A stretch of DNA of 39,870 nt. Source: Trichoplax sp. H2. Lineage: Eukaryota. Position 1 is the first letter of the stretch; the number at the start of each line of letters is the position of its first letter. The position numbers and the translations under genes are program-made. The stretch lies in the NCBI GenBank assembly GCA_003344405.1, contig NOWV01000181.1, positions 34,131-74,000 of the forward strand. The letters are read 5' to 3'. Below are positions 34,946 to 39,870 of this stretch, piece after piece. Under the pieces are notes generated by a model that saw only the letters and a list, made by a program, of their open reading frames with translations, had not been told where the DNA came from and ran no database searches.

Positions 34946-35554
34946 CTATCCCACCTCCTCCGTCATCTTTAGGACCCACACCGACTTTAAGATCTCAACA
35001 TTTTCGGATAAGTAAAAGTCGGATAGCTTCAGGACCTCCGCCAGCACAAGCATCTCAACCATGTCCACCTCCTCCACTTCCAGGATCTTCAGCATCTGAG
35101 CTATCTCCGCCTCGTTCATATTCACAATCTAAGACTAATGAAGAACTATTAGTTCAACAAATACAGAAGCCTAAACCAAGTTCGTCTATTGAAATAAACA
35201 AGCACAAGGCGAAGATAGAATATCAATACGCTAGTATCAATGGAGCTAAGGAGGATATTGCAGAAATAGAACCTAACAGGGCGGCTAATCTTGGTTCACT
35301 GGCAACTTCTGCTAAGGCCTTAAAAGGATTCTTACGTGTCGGGAGACAAACTAATGGCTTTCTATCTAGAACTAACTTTAATTCTTTAGGCGCAAGTGCT
35401 GATGATTATTCTAATTTAGCTAAGGAGGAAACATTAGACGATGATAAGAAGGTAGAATACAGGCAAATGAAATTCAGAAACTCTAAAGCGCTAGCAAAAA
35501 CGTACAAATCTGCGAATACTAAAGACAATCTTGTTGATGAGCCTGAAAATCCAA
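34946..35554 (+). CDS. PARP4: PARP4-like exon encoding a Pro-rich low-complexity segment. It is not the terminal exon: a donor precedes the ORF's stop.
   Basis: The acceptor is ttatatacag. Translation: IPPPPSSLGPTPTLRSQHF...PPPLPGSS...VDEPENP. The donor is cca a|GTAAGA at 35555. Candidate upstream small exons are at about 34486..34586 and 34684..34738. Confidence 0.5.
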
Positions 35555-35703
35555 GTAAGAATTAAATTGCAATATAATCAATTTATTAATAATTTACCCG
35601 CACTAAATTATGTTCTAATAGCCAGTAAGTTAATCTAAGAAAGAGTTTGTAGATAAATTATATTAGTCGAGAAATTAATCCTAATCGTTTTAATTATTCA
35701 TAG

Positions 35704-35762
35704 AGGAAATGAAAAATTTGACCTATATAAATTGCAGGGAATTGATGATGTTTCAAGTATTG
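35704..35762 (+). CDS. PARP4: PARP4-like small exon.
   Basis: (K)EMKNLTYINCRELMMFQVL. The acceptor is attcatag and the donor is ttg|GTACGA. It restores phase 0, as required by the next exon. Confidence 0.45.
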
Positions 35763-35924
35763 GTACGAAATAATTTAATATAATAAAGTCATGATTAGAA
35801 CATAGACTTACACTATCGATATAAGGAATCTTTTTAAAGATACACTAACGATAAGCTGTTTTTTATAGCTGCCGATGTTTAGTATAACAGGATATCGTAA
35901 ACTGATATTTCTTAATATTTAAAG

Positions 35925-36024
35925 GATGGTTATTGGGAAGTAACACCGGAAATAGCTGCAATAATAAGAATATCTGTGGAAAAGTTATTTAGATTACTAA
36001 CTGAAGCTGGAATTTATTCATTGG
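35925..36024 (+). CDS. PARP4: PARP4-like exon resembling the C-terminal region that binds major vault protein (MVP).
   Basis: DGYWEVTPEIAAIIRISVEKLFRLLTEAGIYSL(G) matches vPARP EDGFWKLTPELGLILNLNTNGLHSFLKQKGIQSLG. The acceptor is atttaaag and the donor is GTAAAA. Confidence 0.75.
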
Positions 36025-36137
36025 GTAAAATCGAATTAATCTACAGTAGTACTTTCAATACTATCATGCCATTGTAACTGATACTTTTATACCATGTAAA
36101 GTTTGTTCTAATATTTAATTTTATTCACTTTATTTAG

Positions 36138-36340
36138 GCTCTAAAGCTTGTAAAGATATTGTTCGTATGGTATTTACCAAGATTGTAATCGTTATTCTTG
36201 GAAAGATTGCACAGTTGCAGGAGTCACTAGCACGTGCTACGAAATGGCTGGTATTCATGGATAAAAAATATCCATCGCTGCTATATCGTTTTGAATTAGG
36301 ATCAAATTGGGAATGTGTGGCTAGAAAATGCCAGCTTTAG
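36138..36340 (+). CDS. PARP4: PARP4-like terminal coding exon, with a TAG stop at 36338..36340.
   Basis: (G)SKACKDIVRMVFTKIVIVILGKIAQLQESLARATKWLVFMDKKYPSLLYRFELGSNWECVARKCQL* matches vPARP VKGRECLLDLIATMLVLQFI...YPSICPRLELGNDWDSATKQLLG. The acceptor is tttatttag. Confidence 0.7.
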
Positions 36341-39300
36341 GAAATTACATGATTTTGACTACGGATGATTCCATACGGTAAAAGAGCTAAAGAATACACT
36401 TTAAATTTTTCCTTAATTCACAAAGCGATACGTCTGCTTTATTCTATCGTCGTTTATTTAATGTTTTATCTCTAACCAAAATGTGATAGGTATGTAAAAA
36501 CTTTGCTTACTATGTCGGCCAAGTTTACTGGTATTTTTAATTTTATATTCTATAACTAATCTCATGTCCAAAGTTTTGGCTATGGACTCCTATGATATGC
36601 TATAACACAGCAAGTAGATTCAGTTCTGCGTACAATTTTACATTTGAAATGTATTACTATAAAACTAATTACGACTTCAGGCCATAAAACTGTATTATCT
36701 GCTTGATGCGAATTGATCAAATCATTTCCAAATATATCAATTTGCGACCATAATACATCAATAATTTTGAAGGAAGTTTAATTTATTTGTAATAAATTGG
36801 TGTTATAAATCTTTGAAATAATTTTTGGGAGTATAATTGATAGAGCTGATGTCACTTTTCGGTATATTATACTTTTGGGCCTAAATATTATATTTCAGAA
36901 CATATTGAGTTTATACATACTCGTATAACAAAACAATTTAATATTTCGGTCAATTTAAGCTGTAAAAGCAAAAGAAAAAGCAAAAGCATGTATTCAATGC
37001 AGGGAGTTGGTTCGCATTGCAAGGTGACTTCTTGCTCTTTCTTACCTATGAAGTCGCGCTTTCGTTACAAGTTATGACTTAATATGGCCCATGAAGTTGC
37101 CTCTAAATACTGATTCTCTCCTTAGAGCATTAAAATAGTTATTATCCAGTGCTATATCACTTGCTAATAATATTCTTTGCCTTATGCTTACGAGATTCAT
37201 AGAAGCAAGAACAAGTTAATAATCTCATGATTTCTGATATACACCAAAATTCATTGAAAGGCTACTACACCTAAATTTATGTTTACCAATAGAGCGTCTG
37301 ATAGATCAATACAAGGAAGTATATGTAATGACTAGCGCGTATTTCCTCTTCATAAAGAAAATAGATAGTTATAATTGTTGTACTTATCAATATAGTGTAT
37401 TTTACTTTAGCTTTAGCTAGAGAAGATACGCATTATTACTAAGAGACTAATTAAATTTATTTTTATGTCAATTATTTTTGAGATAGAATATTGTTTGTAA
37501 TCATAGATGTTATTTTGTTAGGATTATCGCAGCAGTCAATGTTAACGAACATTAAACTTTAGTCCTGTACACTATTGACGACTTGGAAATTCTCGAACTC
37601 TATAGTAATCACATTATGTAACTTATTTAATATGGGAATCAAAAGCTACTGATGATTGAACTGTGTCTTGGACATTTATAGTTACTAAATTTAAAAGGCT
37701 AAAACTTTAGTATAATTGGATAATTATATCCTTAATTTACATTAGGCGCAGTTTAATCAAAAGTATAAAAGGAGAGGTAGTAGCTAAAAATATTAATTTG
37801 ACTTACCTATTCGTGAAGAATGAACTAGGAAATGCGAGTCTAACTCGTAAGTTCTTTTATTATACGCAAGCAACTATTATTGGTGTTTGGTGGTGATTGA
37901 GGCTAGATGCTGTGTCTTAGCCCGTAATGTTATTCGCTATACTTTTATTAATGCTTGATGGAGACTTAGTCTAGGCGCTACGTGTTAGACTTACAAGTTT
38001 TAAATTTCTATTTTCTTCTAAAATATTTTATTTGAATACTTCACGGTTGCTTTGATTGAATCATTTAATAATTTGCTTTATTGCCTCTATCAATTAAGTA
38101 TTTTATAGAATTACTCACAATAATATTTAGTCTTAGCACCTACTGACATGCACGCCTACAGTACATATTAGTGTTAGGTAGAGTACGATTTTAAGCCTAC
38201 CGAGAGTTATACACTGCTAGGTTAGAGAATATCTGTCTTTTGAGATAGAGAGGTTTTAGCTTATAGCGGCTTCAAATAAAGAATTGCAATAATATCAAAT
38301 TTATTTAATAGCAATGCTGATATCACTATCGGTAGGATAATACATTACAGTACTGTACTAGTAATTGAACTAATTGTTCACTATGGGGTAATAGACTCTT
38401 AAAAATCATGAATATCAACTTTAATTAATAGAACTGCAGGTTTGTATTCAAATTGAGAATTATATTGCTAGTATCTGCCTCTTCGACAATCTGCTCATTG
38501 TAACAACTCTATCAAGAGCCACCTTTATCTGATCTTCATCTAAGATCTTTAATTTTATTTAGTTGCTAGTCCTATATTTAATAAATATCTTTAATTAGGC
38601 CGTAAATGAGGCTATATCCGAAAATTTGATTAATATTCTCGATCGGTTTTTTGAAATTTCAAATAAATATTACAATCTAAGTACCTCTGTATTCACGGCC
38701 AGATAACTTTACTGAATCATTAATAAAATACCATCATTATTTAGCTATAGAAACGTTAATTAGAGAAATTACTAGACTAAGTTAAATTACAGTAATGTCA
38801 GAACAAAAATGAAATTTCTATCCTACTGTATGTTAATAAATTTTTATGGCTATTAAAAAGAACGACTTATCCCAAGAACTTTGATTCGTTACAACTACTA
38901 TTCTTATATAATTAAGTAATCACTGTCTACGAATAATTTAACGTTATGTCTGAGTATTATTGTACTGTATATGTACTTCGAATAATAAGATACGTAACTC
39001 GTATAAATACATAATTCAATAATTAAATGCTTAGAAAAATTTGCAACTTAACATGATGCATTATATTTGCAAGGTTAGCGCATTGAGAACGTCAATTAAA
39101 ATATTAAATTGGTAGTACTTGTATTGCATTTGATTTAAGAATTCTCGGCCTAGTGTTAATTAATTAATTTCATTGGCAAAATGTCTATTATAGCTATATA
39201 CGGGTACTAAAAATAAAATTTATCTTAGTTTAAATTTTATAGTAAGATTATCTAGAACATTTAGACGTCAAACTCTTCATAAATGATATGCACTAGAGTG

Positions 39301-39870
39301 TTGGAGCGTAATAGAAGCAAATTGCCACGCATTTAGGCTTTTACTGGACTCACATTCAGAATTTGAAAAAGAAACTCCATTTAGTGTCGCCTGCCAATGC
39401 CAAGCCATGCCTTATAAATTGACCTCTGATCAATCAAAGACATTTACAGTAGAAATTTTAATCGATGTACCGCTCAAGCACCATCTATATTCGGTTGCAG
39501 AGAAGCTACGTGCAGCAGTACTCAAAGATGCAAATAGAAGCTAAGACGATATTAGAAGGGCTTAGCTATGTACAAAATTCTCGACAATATTAATCAGAGT
39601 TAGAATAGATTATATTGTACGATTATACCAGCGTGTTTTCTCGTATATATTATTCACATTACACTTATTAAAGTCCCAATTGCGTACATGTTTATAGCCT
39701 ATTATTGTAGGTGATGATGAACAAATTTATTTTACTTTTTACCAGGCAGGGTATGTTACGGACATTACAAATATTGGTATATTAAATTTGCTTTATTGGC
39801 GGTATTTGAATTAAGCGCTGAACAAATAGGACTAGAACAGGATTACTAACTCGAATTTACATGATTTAAA

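Larger units (their letters stand above)
22100..36340 (+). other. PARP4: Gene locus of a vault poly(ADP-ribose) polymerase ortholog (PARP4/vPARP-like). About 14 kb with at least 35 exons. The exon models listed below are hand-built.
   Basis: Ordered, in-frame exon translations match the PARP4 domain architecture (BRCT, PARP regulatory, PARP catalytic, VIT, vWA, ITIH-like, MVP-binding-like C-terminus), with phase-consistent GT-AG junctions. Confidence 0.8.

Noticed and set aside
1-39870. A prokaryotic interpretation (operons, defence systems, CRISPR), which the ORF track's use of alternative start codons might suggest.
   Set aside because: There are unmistakable spliceosomal introns that interrupt conserved domains in phase. 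The genes are metazoan-type (class-A GPCR, CYP3-clan P450, vault PARP). The sequence is about 70% AT with satellites and no RBS or operon organisation. No CRISPR-like regular repeat-spacer arrays were seen.

Overview
This window is AT-rich (roughly 30% GC) eukaryotic, metazoan-type DNA, not prokaryotic: it has spliceosomal introns with GTAAGT-like donors and pyrimidine-tract AG acceptors, plus class-A GPCR, CYP3-clan P450 and vault-PARP genes. From left to right it contains: (1) an ~8.3-kb segment bounded by ~370-bp inverted repeats (1..370 and 8661..9029) that carries an intronless rhodopsin-class orphan GPCR (5777..6913, + strand). (2) A tandem paralogous GPCR (10860..11996, +). Both GPCR genes are preceded by copies of a conserved ~275-bp upstream module, duplicated in tandem in front of the first. 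(3) Minisatellites. (4) An intronless 494-aa CYP3-clan cytochrome P450 on the minus strand (16251..17735). (5) A ~2.7-kb complex satellite/segmental repeat array (19440..22100). (6) A ~14-kb, intron-dense (at least 35 exons, introns about 64-400 nt) ortholog of vault poly(ADP-ribose) polymerase (PARP4/vPARP). I reconstructed its domain order by eye as BRCT, PARP helical/regulatory, PARP catalytic (H-Y-E retained), VIT, vWA, ITIH-like, acidic and Pro-rich low-complexity exons, and a C-terminal region resembling the MVP-binding domain, ending at a stop at 36338..36340. Notable details are a 29-nt micro-exon and a probable GC-AG intron. All exon coordinates are hand-derived from homology and splice consensus and should be treated as approximate. 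No rRNA or tRNA genes, CRISPR arrays or prokaryotic features were seen. A vault-PARP gene implies an organism that makes vault particles (so not an insect or nematode), but the taxon cannot be fixed from the sequence alone.
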